NCBI GenBank assembly: GCA_951406725.2
Contig: OX597815.1
Coordinates: forward strand, 25,296,001 to 25,360,000
Reading direction: 5' to 3'
DNA length: 64,000 bases
Source: Octopus vulgaris
Lineage: Eukaryota
The position numbers and the translations under genes are program-made. Shown here piece by piece: positions 25,831-37,499 of this stretch. The notes under the pieces were generated by a model that was not told the DNA's origin, ran no database searches, and was given only the letters and a program-made list of their open reading frames with translations. Every line of letters starts with the position of its first letter. Position 1 is the stretch's first letter.

Positions 25831-26362
25831 GTGTGTGTGTGTGTGTATTTTGTGTGTCTGTGTTTGTCTTCCCAACATCGCTTGCCAACCGATGCGGGTG
25901 TGTTTACGTCCCCGTAAACTAGCGGTTCGGTAAAAGAGACCGAGAAAATAAGTACTAAGGTCGATCTGTTCGACTAAAGGCGGTGCTCCAGCATGGCCGC
26001 ACTTTACTCGATTGCAGTTGATATAATGCCAGATTTACTTCTTCAATGGAAAGTGTATCGATCATGTGTTGCACTATCTCCTCCCAAGATGAAAAAGTTG
26101 AAAAGACTGAAACCGGTACTAAAATGTTCATGATAAAATTATTTTAGCATTTTCTACTTTGTCTTATTTTCCGGCTTTATATGCGCAGGAGTGGCTGTGT
26201 GGTAAGTAGTTTGCTTACTAGCCACATGGTTCCGGGTTCAGTCCCAGTGCGTGGCACCTGGGGCAAGTGTCTTTTACAATAGCTTCGGGCCGACCAAAGC
26301 CCTGTGAGTGGATTTGGTAGACGAAAACTGAAAGAAGCCTGTCGTGTGAAAGAAGCCTGTCG

Positions 26363-26423
<61 letters not shown>

Positions 26424-26586
26424 GACAGGCTTCTTTCAGTTTACGTCTACCAAATCCACTCACAGGGCTTTGGTCGGCCCGAAGCTATTGTAAAAAACAC
26501 TTGCCCCAGGTGCCACGCACTGGGACTGAACCCGGAACCACGTGGCTGGTAAGCAAACTACTTACCACACAGCCACTCCTGCGCAT
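25602..26586 (-). mobile_element. tRNA-derived SINE split by an inverted duplication at its (TA)n tract
   Basis: 3' half at 25602-25817, 5' half at 26420-26586; the interval is filled with inverted copies of both flanks. Confidence 0.85.
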
Positions 26587-26765
26587 ATAAAGCCGGAAAA
26601 TAAGACAAAGTAGAAAATGCTAAAATAATTTTATCATGAACATTTTAGTACCGGTTTCAGTCTTTTCAACTTTTTCATCTTGGGAGGAGATAGTGCAACA
26701 CATGATCGATACACTTTCCATTGAAGAAGTAAATCTGGCATTATATCAACTGCAATCGAGTAAAG
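25628..26765. repeat. Two abutting palindromes, 25628-26001 and 26002-26765, each centred on (TA)n
   Basis: Direct base-by-base complementarity of the arms, with a few substitutions and indels. Confidence 0.95.
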
Positions 26766-28540
26766 CCTCTGGATTGGACAGTATTCTTGTTGAAATTCTG
26801 AAAACAGGTGGAGATCATATTTCATTTGAAATTCATAGCCGGATAACTCGTATTTGGAACAAATCTTCAGTGCCACAGGAATAGATAAATGGCATTCTTA
26901 TCTCTAAGTATATAAGGGTAAGAATCCAAAATCAGTGCGTGGTAATTCTAGACGGATAACTCTCCTGGCACATACCGGGAAGATACTTTTAAGGAACGGT
27001 TAGATCGTCTCGTTGAAAATGCATGTTCATATGTGATTCCCGAAAAACAGTGTGCTTTGAGACCCGAGCGAGGAACAATAGACATGATATTTTCTGCGAG
27101 GCAGGTTCAGGAGAAATACTTAGAGGAGGAACAAATGCTACTTATACCAGGTCTTCATAGATTTAACTAAGGCATTTGACACACGGTAAACAGGGAGGCG
27201 CTGTGGATTGTTTTGTGTAAACTTGGTTGCCCAATATACTTTGTGAGCATCTTTAAGGAACTGTACGCAAACATGAAAGCTCAGGTAGTCTTTAATGGTG
27301 AGCTGTCTCACGAATTTTCGGTGGACAACGGTGTCAAACAGGGAGATATTCCTGTCCCTACACTTTTTTCTATTTACATTGTTGCATTGCTTTGATACGC
27401 TTTTAAGGATTGCAACATGGGAATCGGAATCATTTTGGGCTCACAATTATTATTAGGAAAACCAAAGTAATGTTTACTTCCGCGCCAGGACAAACATATT
27501 CTGAACCAAACATTTTTATGAATGGAACAAGGTTAGAAGTCATTGATACTTTTGTTTACCTTGGAAGCACACTGTCAAGAGATGGTGGTCTTGATGTAGA
27601 GATATGCTATCAAATAAGGAAGGGAATTGTTGCATGTGGAAAGCTTGAAAAGCGAGTATGGGTATCTTGCAGACAAAAATCAGTGTGTATAAAACATGCG
27701 TATTGACTGCACTTCTTTATTTGAGTGAGACATAGACCACTTATAAGTGTCATATGGAAATTCTGGAGAGATTTCATCAAGTGCTTCAGACGTATCTTGG
27801 GAGTCAAGTTGGAATGTTTCATACCAGATACAGAAGTTTTGCGAATGGCACGTTGTAACTCAATTGAACAAAATGTCATCTTGGCTCAAATGAGACGGGC
27901 TAGACATGTTATTAGAATGTAAGATGAGCGATTTCTAAAGCGTCTTTTATAGGTGAGCTCACCTCTGGTAAGTGACCACAACATAAACCGAGGAAAATGT
28001 ATAAAGACTGTGTGATGGAAAACTTGAAGAAACTAGATATGAACAAAAGTGATTGGGAAACTAATGCTCTGGATCGGAACGAGTCGAGAGATGCTGCTAG
28101 GACTGGTTGCAACGCCTGGGAAGAAAAGATGATTCAGAGCTCTGAGCTAAAAAGGGCCTGTCGGAAAGTAACAATTGGAACTTAAATCAACAGAGAATGT
28201 TGGATATACATTGTGTGTAATCGTATTCTGTCGTCAAAAGCAGGATGCGTGAATCATATGAAGTCACTTGGAAATCGAAATGCCCAGGTGGGTAATAATC
28301 TTGAACCCCAACCGCCTCTTACAATTTGTGTCAAGACATATGCTAGTTCACAAAAACATTCCTTCAGCATCAGATTCCAAAGGGCAAAGATGTAGAAGAA
28401 ATTTGAATAATATCTGTTACCTGTCAGTCAGCAGCTGGTCTTAAAAGTCATCTTTAAGGTTCATCAACAGATGGATTGTACTGTGTGATGGGCTGTGTGT
28501 GTTGATGGGACGGCTATCATATGTCAAGATGAAGCAATCA
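26590..28540 (+). mobile_element. Decayed RTE-clade LINE (RT and C-terminal C2H2-like finger)
   Basis: KASGLDSI..EILKTGG; DLTKAFDTVNREALW; GVKQGDIPVPTLFSIY; FVYLGSTLS; C..CNRILSSKAGCVNHMKS. Confidence 0.85.
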
Positions 28541-28544
28541 TTAT

Positions 28545-28713
28545 ATATGTACAATGGGCTTCTTTCAGTTTCCATCTACCAAATCTACTCACAAGGCTTT
28601 GGTCGGCCTGAGGCTATAATAGAAGACACTTGCCCAATATGCCACGCAGTGGGACTGAACCTGGAACCATATGATTGAGAAGCAAGCGTCTTACCACACA
28701 ACCACGCCTGCGC
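28545..28713 (-). mobile_element. 5' half of the tRNA-derived SINE
   Basis: GGGCTTCTTTCAGTTTCC..GGGACTGAACC..TTACCACAC. Confidence 0.75.
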
Positions 28714-28942
28714 TCATACACACTCACAAATATACATATATATATATATATATTGTATGTATGATGTATGTATATAAGTATGTATATGTGTGTGTATATA
28801 TATATATATATATATGTGTGTGTATGTATGTATGTATATATGTATGTACACAGTCACACACACACACACGAACAATCTTCTACTATATCGTCTGCCCGAG
28901 CAAAGTCTTCAGTAGACTGAAAGAAGACTGCCGTATGTATGT

Positions 28943-29072
28943 TATGTATGTATGTATGTATGTATGTATGTATGTATGTATGTATGTATGTATGTATGTA
29001 TGTATGTATGTATGTATGTATGTATGTATGTATGTATGTATGTATGTATGTATGTATGTATGTATGTATGTA
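28943..29072. repeat. (TATG)n microsatellite, about 32 units
   Basis: Perfect tetranucleotide run. Confidence 0.95.
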
Positions 29073-29658
29073 TTTATAAGTACGTCTGTGTGCGTTTGTG
29101 TGTACATGCACATACATACATTATGTGGGCGATATTGTCAACAGAAACGTTCCTGTTGTATCTAATCATTCAAGTGCTTCAGTTCTATTTATGTACATTT
29201 ATTTACTCGATTGCTGACTTTAATTAATGATTTTTCCCATTGTTTTGATGGGCCATTTTCTATCCTTAATAAAACTGTCGGCATTCTTAACGACTCAGGT
29301 ACGCTAGTTTTTAATAATGGTTAACTAGACACAAATATGAATGTCACCAAACTGTTTTCTCTTACGTTCGAATTCAAAACTCCAGTCACAAATTGGAGAC
29401 ATTCAACATTTAAGCGCCTAAACGACGAAGTTTGATCGCTGCTTGTTATTTTTTTCTTTACAGGTAAAATAGTTTTCTTTTGCTAAATTACAATATACTT
29501 TACCTAAAAACGTATAATTAGTAATCGTCATTAATTAAGAATTGCTGACTTTTAGGATTGTAGATCTTATTGAAGGTGAAAATAGAACTAATCAGTTTTA
29601 AAAGTTTTAAGTGCAAGTCAAAAGACTGGATGGCTGCCAGATTATACAAAAGATTTCA

Positions 29659-30005
29659 TACTCTTTTACTTGTTTCAGTCATTTGACTGAGGCCATGCTG
29701 GAGCATCGTCTTTTGTCGACCAAATCGACCCTAGGACTTATTCTTTGTAAGCCTAGTACTTATTCTATCGGTCTCTTTTGCCGAACCGCTAAGTTACGGG
29801 GACGTAAAGACACCAGTATCGGTTGTCAAGCGATGTTGGGGGGATAAACACAAACACATACATATATACGACAGGCTTCTTTCAGTTTCCGTCTACCAAA
29901 TCCACTCACAAGGTTTTGGTCGGCCCGAGGCTATAGTAGAAGACACTTGCCGGAATCATGTGGTTGGTAAGCAAGCTACTTACCACACAGCCACTCCTAC
30001 GCCTA
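29659..30005 (-). mobile_element. tRNA-derived SINE (abundant family, small internal deletion)
   Basis: Match to the 779-1180 family. Confidence 0.85.
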
Positions 30006-30274
30006 TAGTAAATAGTAAATATATATTACATTACTACTTTGTAGCTTCGCACTAGGTTCAAATACAAATGTTACTGGGTTAGGTAACCGGCTGCTGAAAC
30101 TTTTGGCTCTTCATTAAATTTGGGCGAAGGAAAAACAGCCAAATGGCAATCCCAACAATTACTACAAAAATAACTTTGAAAACAAGGTCGAGTCACACAA
30201 TTTTGAGGTCTTTAGCTAAGGGAGGCAACTCCGCCTGAACAATCTTTATCAATGCTCGATTTAACAACAAATGT

Positions 30275-30312
<38 letters not shown>

Positions 30313-30720
30313 TAGGTGCAACAATGACTGTGTTGTTGAGAAGTTTGCTTCCCAACCACATGGTTCCACGTTCAGTCCCGCTGCATGGTACCTTGGGCAA
30401 GTATTTTCTACTATAGCGCTTGTAACCGAATTTGGTAGACGGAAACTGCAGCGCTGTTCATCAGAAAATGACCGAAAAACACGTTTGTGCAGAAGAGTTG
30501 TTTGCTTTATACTCCACCGTGCCGATATGTCCATAAGAAAAGAACAAATAATACAATGTGGCTGTAAGTCATAATACCCGGGCAACGGGTGTTATGACCT
30601 ACACACACACACGCACACGTACACATACATACATATTGACTTCTCATTTTAACGGATATATTTACCAAAATTACATAAAAATAACTTGAAATACTAAAGA
30701 GTAGGAGTGGCTGAAATACT

Positions 30721-31150
30721 AAGGCGCAGGAGTGGCTGTGTGGTAAGTAGCTTGCTTACCAACCACATGGTTCCGGGTTCAGTCCCACTGCGTGGCATCT
30801 TGGGCAAGTGTCTTCTGCTAGAGCCCCGGGCCGACCAATGCCTTGTGAGTGGATTTGGTAGACGGAAACTGAAAGAAGCCTGTTGTATATATGTATATAT
30901 ATGTATATATGTGTATGTGTGTGTGTTTGTGTGTGTGTGTGTTTCTCCCCCTAGCATTGCTTGACAACCGATGCTGGTGTGTTTACGTCCCCGTCACTTA
31001 GCGGTTTGGCAAAAGAGACCGATAGAATAAGTACTGGGCTTACAAAGAATAAGTCCCGGTGTCGATTTGCTCGACTAAAGGCGGTGCTCCAGCATGGCCG
31101 CAGTCAAATGCCTGAAACAAGTAAAAGAGTAAAAGAGTAAAGAGAGTAAA
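30721..31150 (+). mobile_element. Full-length tRNA-derived SINE (abundant family)
   Basis: AGGCGCAGGAGTGGCTGTGTGGTAAG head to (GTAAAAGA)n tail. Confidence 0.9.
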
Positions 31151-31514
31151 TTTATTCAATAAAATCGCCATTGGCTTCCACCACGGCCTCCAGACGACTT
31201 TGGAATCTCCTGCAACTCTTCCAGACCGTCTCCTCCCATAATCCTTGCCTTCAGTTCATTTTTGGTATTACTAGGAGTTTTGTTAATCTCTCGCTCAACT
31301 GCGCCCCACACATAATAATCAAGTGGGGTGCAGTCCGAGGAGTTAAGTGACCAGATGTTAAGGGGGGGATGTGGTCGCAGAAATTGTCTGACGGCCATGA
31401 CTGAGTTCTCCTGCTTGTGTGGCATGGTCGGAGTCCTGTTGCCAGGAATAGGGTCTTCCAGCAGCCACCCTTTTGACTCAGGGCAGCACTACCTCTTCCG
31501 GACACTCGATGCAA
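31151..31514 (-). mobile_element. Tc1/mariner-superfamily (DD37D/maT-like) transposase fragment
   Basis: CHTSRRTQSW..DNFCDH / NIWSLNSSDCTPLDYYVWGAVERE; same family as 57166-58043. Confidence 0.75.
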
Positions 31515-32150
31515 GATGGAAGAACAGTGATTGAAGTTGCAAAGAGATATTTATTTACCGTTACTTCGTATATATCTAAAACCTTGACGGGTTGGTATGT
31601 ATAACTAGTAAATGGAAAGCATGCAAAGTAAAAAGAGTTAATTTCGGCCGGTATGTGTGTACACGATCTCATAGTAGTATATATAGAGAGATATGGTAAT
31701 GTTACAGAGAAAAGAAAGTGAATTGGTGAAAGTGAGATTGGTGGGACGAAACAACTGCTTCGTTGGTAAGTTACCATAGTTGTCCCTTTGTGCCTTTTCC
31801 TTTAGAGACGGTGTTTTGTTCAGTCACTCAGCCAGACTTGATTCTCACTAACTGACTTTGGCTTTCCGAGTTCTTGTTTTTATAACTATCCAAAACCAGC
31901 CAGAAGGATAGACATATAGTTGGAACAATGAATTTCGTTGGCGGTCTGTTATCTCTATTCTAGCTTTTGGTGAAATAGAAGGGTCAAGTGGCTAAGACAA
32001 TTCTGCGTAGCGAAGGCATCTGGCAAATGTAACTGCTGTCACTCACAGAAAAACTATTGTTTCACCGTGAGAAAAGTGCTGTTGAACTGTAAAGTGAAAT
32101 TTGGCTATCGCGGATCGAATCCACGCTATGCCTGCAAGAAGCTCACTACA
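31515..32150 (-). mobile_element. ~630-bp interspersed repeat, SINE-like (copies at 40357-41000 and 43975-44305)
   Basis: Three homologous copies; box-B-like GGATTCGATCC near one end. Confidence 0.6.
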
Positions 32151-32249
32151 CACACACACACACATACACATATATATATTAATGTATGCATTTCCCTCTG
32201 CATGTATTACACGTGCTGCTAAAAGTTTCACATACATGACCAGTACGTT

Positions 32250-32806
32250 TGTAGGGATCTATCTTGACCCTGCCTGAGATTTGAAACCAAATCCACCGGC
32301 TTGTTGCTTCTCAAAACGAGCGGGAATTACTCTCCACACCAGATGATTGATGAGGAAACACTCGACCCCCTAGGGCCTGTGCTAGTCAAGGAAAGGTCAG
32401 TCCTTTGTTTATGCTTTGACCTACATTACTGACCATACAACAGAATTTCCTATCTCTTCCTCTTCTGCGTCAGCCATGACCAAGAGCAGCACTTCCTTTC
32501 ACCCTTAGCTCGACGTACGAACAGAAGCTTTCAGCCGCAAGAAAGACAATGCTACCGTTATCCTTTCTTCCTTCTAGTCAGCACCGTGCATTCTTTACTC
32601 TTTCACTCTCTACTGACAGACAACCTTTTTCTACTAACCAGCGAGCCATCCTTGTTGTCACTATCACTAGAATTGCTACTGACTCTTTTACTACCTGTCG
32701 GGCAAACGAATAAACATATGTAAATAATATTTCTTCCTTCTTGCTGTTGATTCTTCGATGTTTACTGGTTACTCCAACGCAAGAACCTTGAAGCGTTACA
32801 TCTACA
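32250..32806 (+). mobile_element. Probable solo LTR
   Basis: TGTAG...CTACA termini, flanks CGTT/CGCT (imperfect 4-bp TSD), AATAAA at ~32709, higher GC than flanks. Confidence 0.5.
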
Positions 32807-33025
32807 CGCTACATTCTGTAGTGAGCTACATCATATCGAATTGATATGGCACATCACATCCAGCCCGCTACACAGTCATCAGGCGCTGCTTATGCTATGA
32901 AGCCAAGACGTTTAAATAGAGGACCGGACGAGAGACTATGCTAAAACAAACCATATTTAATGGAAGATTCCACTACGGGTGAGCTACCAAATTGGACCGA
33001 TGCAGATCGTTCAGATGAATTTAAA

Positions 33026-33408
33026 TCTCTCTCTATATAAACGGCAGTTTGTCTGTGCGTGTTTCTGTGTGTCTGTTTGCTTGTACCCTCACCCTGACCA
33101 CGGCTTTCAACCGATTCTGATGAAACTTGACACACACATAGCCCAATGTCATAATTCAAAACTAACGCAGCGAAAATTTTGAAAAGTTCCCCCAGTTCTG
33201 AAAAGAATCGATAAATTCGACATGGGGTCGAGAATCAGAAACACAAACCGCAAACTGTCTAGGGGACGCAACTCCACCTTTTTTAACTAAAAAAAAAATT
33301 TACCATCCTTTTTTTCCATTTTTTTGCTATTTTTTGGCTATAACTCTCTAAAAATGCTTTATAGTTATTTCCCTTACAAACCTGAGCAACGCCGGGCGAT
33401 ACTGCTAG
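33026..33408 (+). mobile_element. Non-autonomous Helitron
   Basis: A|TC start, hairpin CCTGAGCAACGCCGGG, CTAG|T end. Confidence 0.8.
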
Positions 33409-33789
33409 TCGAAAATAAACATAAAAGATAAAGTAAAAATTAAACTAGATTATCAATGTGTCAATATATAAAATATGAAAATTAATGTAGATCTATAGAT
33501 AACACTAATCAACAACAAAAATACTTCCAAGATCAGAGTAGAAATTTCCAACTAATTTTAGGTCGCTGATAATGAATATCATGGTTAAATTTGTTTGTTT
33601 GCTCCGCTTTTCAAGATACACCTACGTATCATAACAGGTTCCAACATGCTACTGGCTGTGTGTTTCTTATCACAATTACAGTCTCACTGCCCTTCAGTCA
33701 TGCTCTGTATGATAATGATACATTTTTAGAATAAATTTCCTGTTTATCTTCTAATTGTGTGTTGTTGTTTTTTTTTTTTTCCAGTTGCC

Positions 33790-34832
33790 TCATACTTGTG
33801 TGAATAAGGCAGAAAACTTCTGCTCATTTGTGGTAAGGTAACCTTTGCATCACAGAAGCGCCGTATAACTGCTATGGTTAGAAAGGCATATCACCTATAT
33901 TTTGGATGCAAGATTGGTGACCAGGATAAGAACTGGGCTCTTCACATATGCTGCAACACTTGTGCTACTAACCTTTGCAAATGGTTGAACAGGAAGAGGA
34001 AAGGAATGCCTTTTGCTGTGCCAATAACGTGGCCGGAGCCAACAGACTATACCAACAATTGATATTTCTGCATGGTAACCCCAGTACAAAAGGGCTTGTC
34101 AAAGAAGGAAACAAAGAGCCCATTGAATATCCAAGCATTCCATCAGCTATTCGCCCAGTTCTACATGGAGATGTTCTTCCTGTTCCTGACGCACCAACTT
34201 CAGTATCCTTCGAGTTAGATGTAGAAAGTAGTGAAGAGGAAGCTGAGAAGGATGGCAGTGCTGGATTACAGAGTGTTATGTGTAGTTTGGGTTCTAATGG
34301 GAAAGACAACCAATTGAAAACCATTGTTATGTTTACGTGTTTATTGCTTTACATGTTACACGGACGACGACATTCAGCGTAGTAATACATTATATACTTT
34401 ACACACAGTTTGTACTGTTCACTAACAAATAGTGCCAAGAGTGGAGATGTAGTTTGGCATACGCAAACACATACATATGAATGTGTAACACAGAGTAACC
34501 CAAATTTTGATGAAACACACTCCTCCAGACCACATCTCACAACACAAGGGGAACTCCATGACCTTGTCAAGGATCTACAACTACTTGAGAATAGGGCAGA
34601 GCTCCTAGGCACTCGTCTTCAACAGTGAAATCTCCTAGCAGCTGATGTGAAAATTTCAAAATTTCGTACCCGACAGCAGCAATTCAACGATTTCTTCGTA
34701 ATGGAAGGCGATTTAGTGACCTGCAATAATATTAATGGTCTGATGGAAGCACTTAGCCGCGAATATGAACCCAGACACTGGAGGATGTTCATAGATTCAC
34801 GAAAAACTTGTCTGAAAGGTGTCTTGCTGCAT
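33790..34832 (+). mobile_element. Chapaev3-type transposase pseudogene, N-terminal part
   Basis: YFGCKIGDQDKNWALHICCNTC..MPFAVPITWPEP; YPSIPSAIRPVLH; TQGELHDLVKDLQL..AELLGTRL; WRMFIDSRKTCLKGVLLH; truncated by a SINE. Confidence 0.8.
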
Positions 34833-34978
34833 AAGCCTAGTACTTATTCTATCGGTCTCTTTTACCGAACCATTGAGTTACGGGGACGTAAACACACCAG
34901 TATCGGTTGTCAAGCGATGCTGGGGAAGACAAACACAGACACACAAACATACATACATACATACATACATACATACAT

Positions 34979-35064
<86 letters not shown>

Positions 35065-35250
35065 GCACGCACATACATACATATATATACGACAGGCTTC
35101 TTTCGTTTCCGTCTACCAAATCTATTCACAAGGCTTTGGCCGACCTGAGGCTATAGTAGAAGACACTTGCGCAAGGTGCCACGCAGTGGGACTGAACCCA
35201 GAATCTTGTGGTTGGTAAGCAAGCTACTTACCACACAGCTACTCCTGCAC
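34832..35250 (-). mobile_element. tRNA-derived SINE with expanded (CATA)n(CA)n
   Basis: Match to the abundant family; 3' tail missing. Confidence 0.8.
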
Positions 35251-37033
35251 TTTCAAGAACGAAAGCTTGCAATAAAGGATTTTATAAAGTAAATTATCTT
35301 TCTCGTATCTCCTTCTCCACATAGATTCACAAGTATGAGTCAACCATGCCCAGGTACTTTCAATTTGTTGAGTGTGAATCCCATCTGTTATGAAAACAAA
35401 CAATTATAGAACAAGTGGTGGTTATACCCCTTGTACGCATGTGCAGCATCTTTGGTTACTATGGAAACAGACTTCTTTGCAATCAGCTATGGAACATATG
35501 GTGCTTCTTTGCTTTGGTTACTATAGAAACAGACTTCTTCGCCACGGTGATGTCTAAAATACTCGCTTCTTATTGGCTAAAATACCCAAATTTTGCAAAT
35601 TTTATAGGCTAATAACTTTTATAGTAAAATTGAATTTCATTTTCATAATTAGTATACAAAACTTAATCCATATACCAAATTTGAAAACAATTGGAACAAA
35701 ATTGTAAACAGTGACAAAAACCACAAAGATCTCTGCTCAATAATATGTATGTATGTATGTATGTAATCCAAACAGTCCAGTGACAGAAGTTACATAGTTA
35801 GCTATTATCTCTCAGTCAGCTATAGACTGAACCCCCGCCTTTTTTTTACTTCTTTTCTTTTTTTTGCTTTTGTTTTTTTAATCAAAATTGTTAAACAAGA
35901 AAGATGAATAACGGACTGTTATTTTTTTCTTCTTTTGAAAATATTCACATAGAAAAAGATAAAGAACGAATAGTGTGGAAGACACGAGAATCATCGTAAC
36001 AACGTTTATTTCTTTTACTGAAAAAGTGGTGATTCAATTTTTCTTCCCCTCACCTTTTTCTTCTTTACTGTTCAATAACAATGTGAAAACACACGACGTG
36101 TGGTATGCGAAAACACCTGGCTTCGTATTGACACAGTTGAAATACAATGTTCATCAATTATGTAAAAACGTAATGTATTGTGCACGAAGACACCTGTCTT
36201 GTTCATAAAACATTTCCAAATACAAAGTTCGACAAGTATGTGCAAGCATGTGGTATATGGTGAGCAATGACATTTGGCTTGGATGAGAGAAAGAATTTAC
36301 GAAGTTAGCTGTCAAAAGATCCAGTTGACAATATTTTTATTCGAATTCTCTGGAGAAAGGCAGGAAACACACATAAACGACATCTTTGCCAGTGTAGCAA
36401 TATTGTAAATAAAATCTTATCTATCTCTCAAACAGTGGAACGGCTTTGTCGTCAATTCACCTATGTTCTTTTGGGTACTGCATTGTATTTATGGCTTATA
36501 ATAATTCGTTAAGAATATGACCACGTACGATCGTATTCCCTACACAATGCGACCACGTGCGTTCATATTTCTTACACCAGTAAAGCATAAAACAAATGAT
36601 GGGAAGAATCATGACTAACCACACCCTGGCCAGAAGTGCTAAAAAATAAATCACACGATGAAACGTTATTGATTGGTTATGGTACAGAATGGTGTAGGTG
36701 CTCTCTTAGACAATCAGAAAAATCTTCTCTTTCACTGAAATTGGTACAGGTTCAATTCCCACTTGAACTCTGTTCCTACCAGGGCTTAACAGAAGATGAA
36801 AGCGTTTGTCATTCTTTTCAGTTGCTTCCACCAGTGAGAAACAATCTGTCTTATTAGTCAAGGGAAGACGACAGGACAAACTTTACAACGAAGTACTCTA
36901 ATAGTCAGATTCCTCCTATAAGCAACAAAACTCTACATGTCAGCAATGCTGACACTGAATGACTGCATGCAGATAGGATACATTGTTCTGCAGGCATTTT
37001 TGACAGGACCCAGCTGGTGGTATTTCCACACTT

Positions 37034-37450
37034 GAAGGCGACGAGCTGGCAGAAACGTTAGCACGCCGGGCGAAATGCTTTGCGGTATTTCGTCTGCCGC
37101 TCCGTTCTGAGTTCAAATTCCGCCGAGGTCGACTTTACCTTTCATCCTTTCGGGGTCGATTAAATAAGTACCAGTTACGCACTGGAGTCGATATAATCGA
37201 CTTAATCCGTTTGTCTGTCCTTGTTTATCCTCTCTGTGTTTAGCCCCTTGTGGGTAGTAAAGAAATAGGTATTTCGTCTGCCGCTACGTTCTGAGTTCAA
37301 ATTCTGCCGAGGTCGACTTTGCCTTTCATCCTTTCGGGGTCGATTAAATAAGTACCAGTTACGCACTGGAGTCGATATAATCGACTTAATCCGTTTGTCT
37401 GTCCTTGTTTATCCTCTCTGTGTTTAGCCCCTTGTGAGTAGTAAAGAAAT
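37034..37450 (+). mobile_element. SINE (Meta-domain-like) with tandemly duplicated 182-bp body
   Basis: Unit 37086-37267 repeated at 37268-37450; TAAATAAGTACCAG motif; 16-bp TSD TGGTATTTCCACACTT (37018-37033, 37451-37466). Confidence 0.85.
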
Positions 37451-37499
37451 TGGTATTTCCACACTTATAGAGTTGGAAGCAAATCACTTCCTGCATTCT

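Noticed and set aside
28671-29227. MYVC/IHTY/HTHT ORFs here and at 34819-35218
   Set aside because: Translations of (TATG)n and (CA)n microsatellites
24640-34832. Two Chapaev3 fragments as halves of one intact element or a RAG-like domesticated gene
   Set aside because: Opposite strands, both disrupted by stops, frameshifts and insertions
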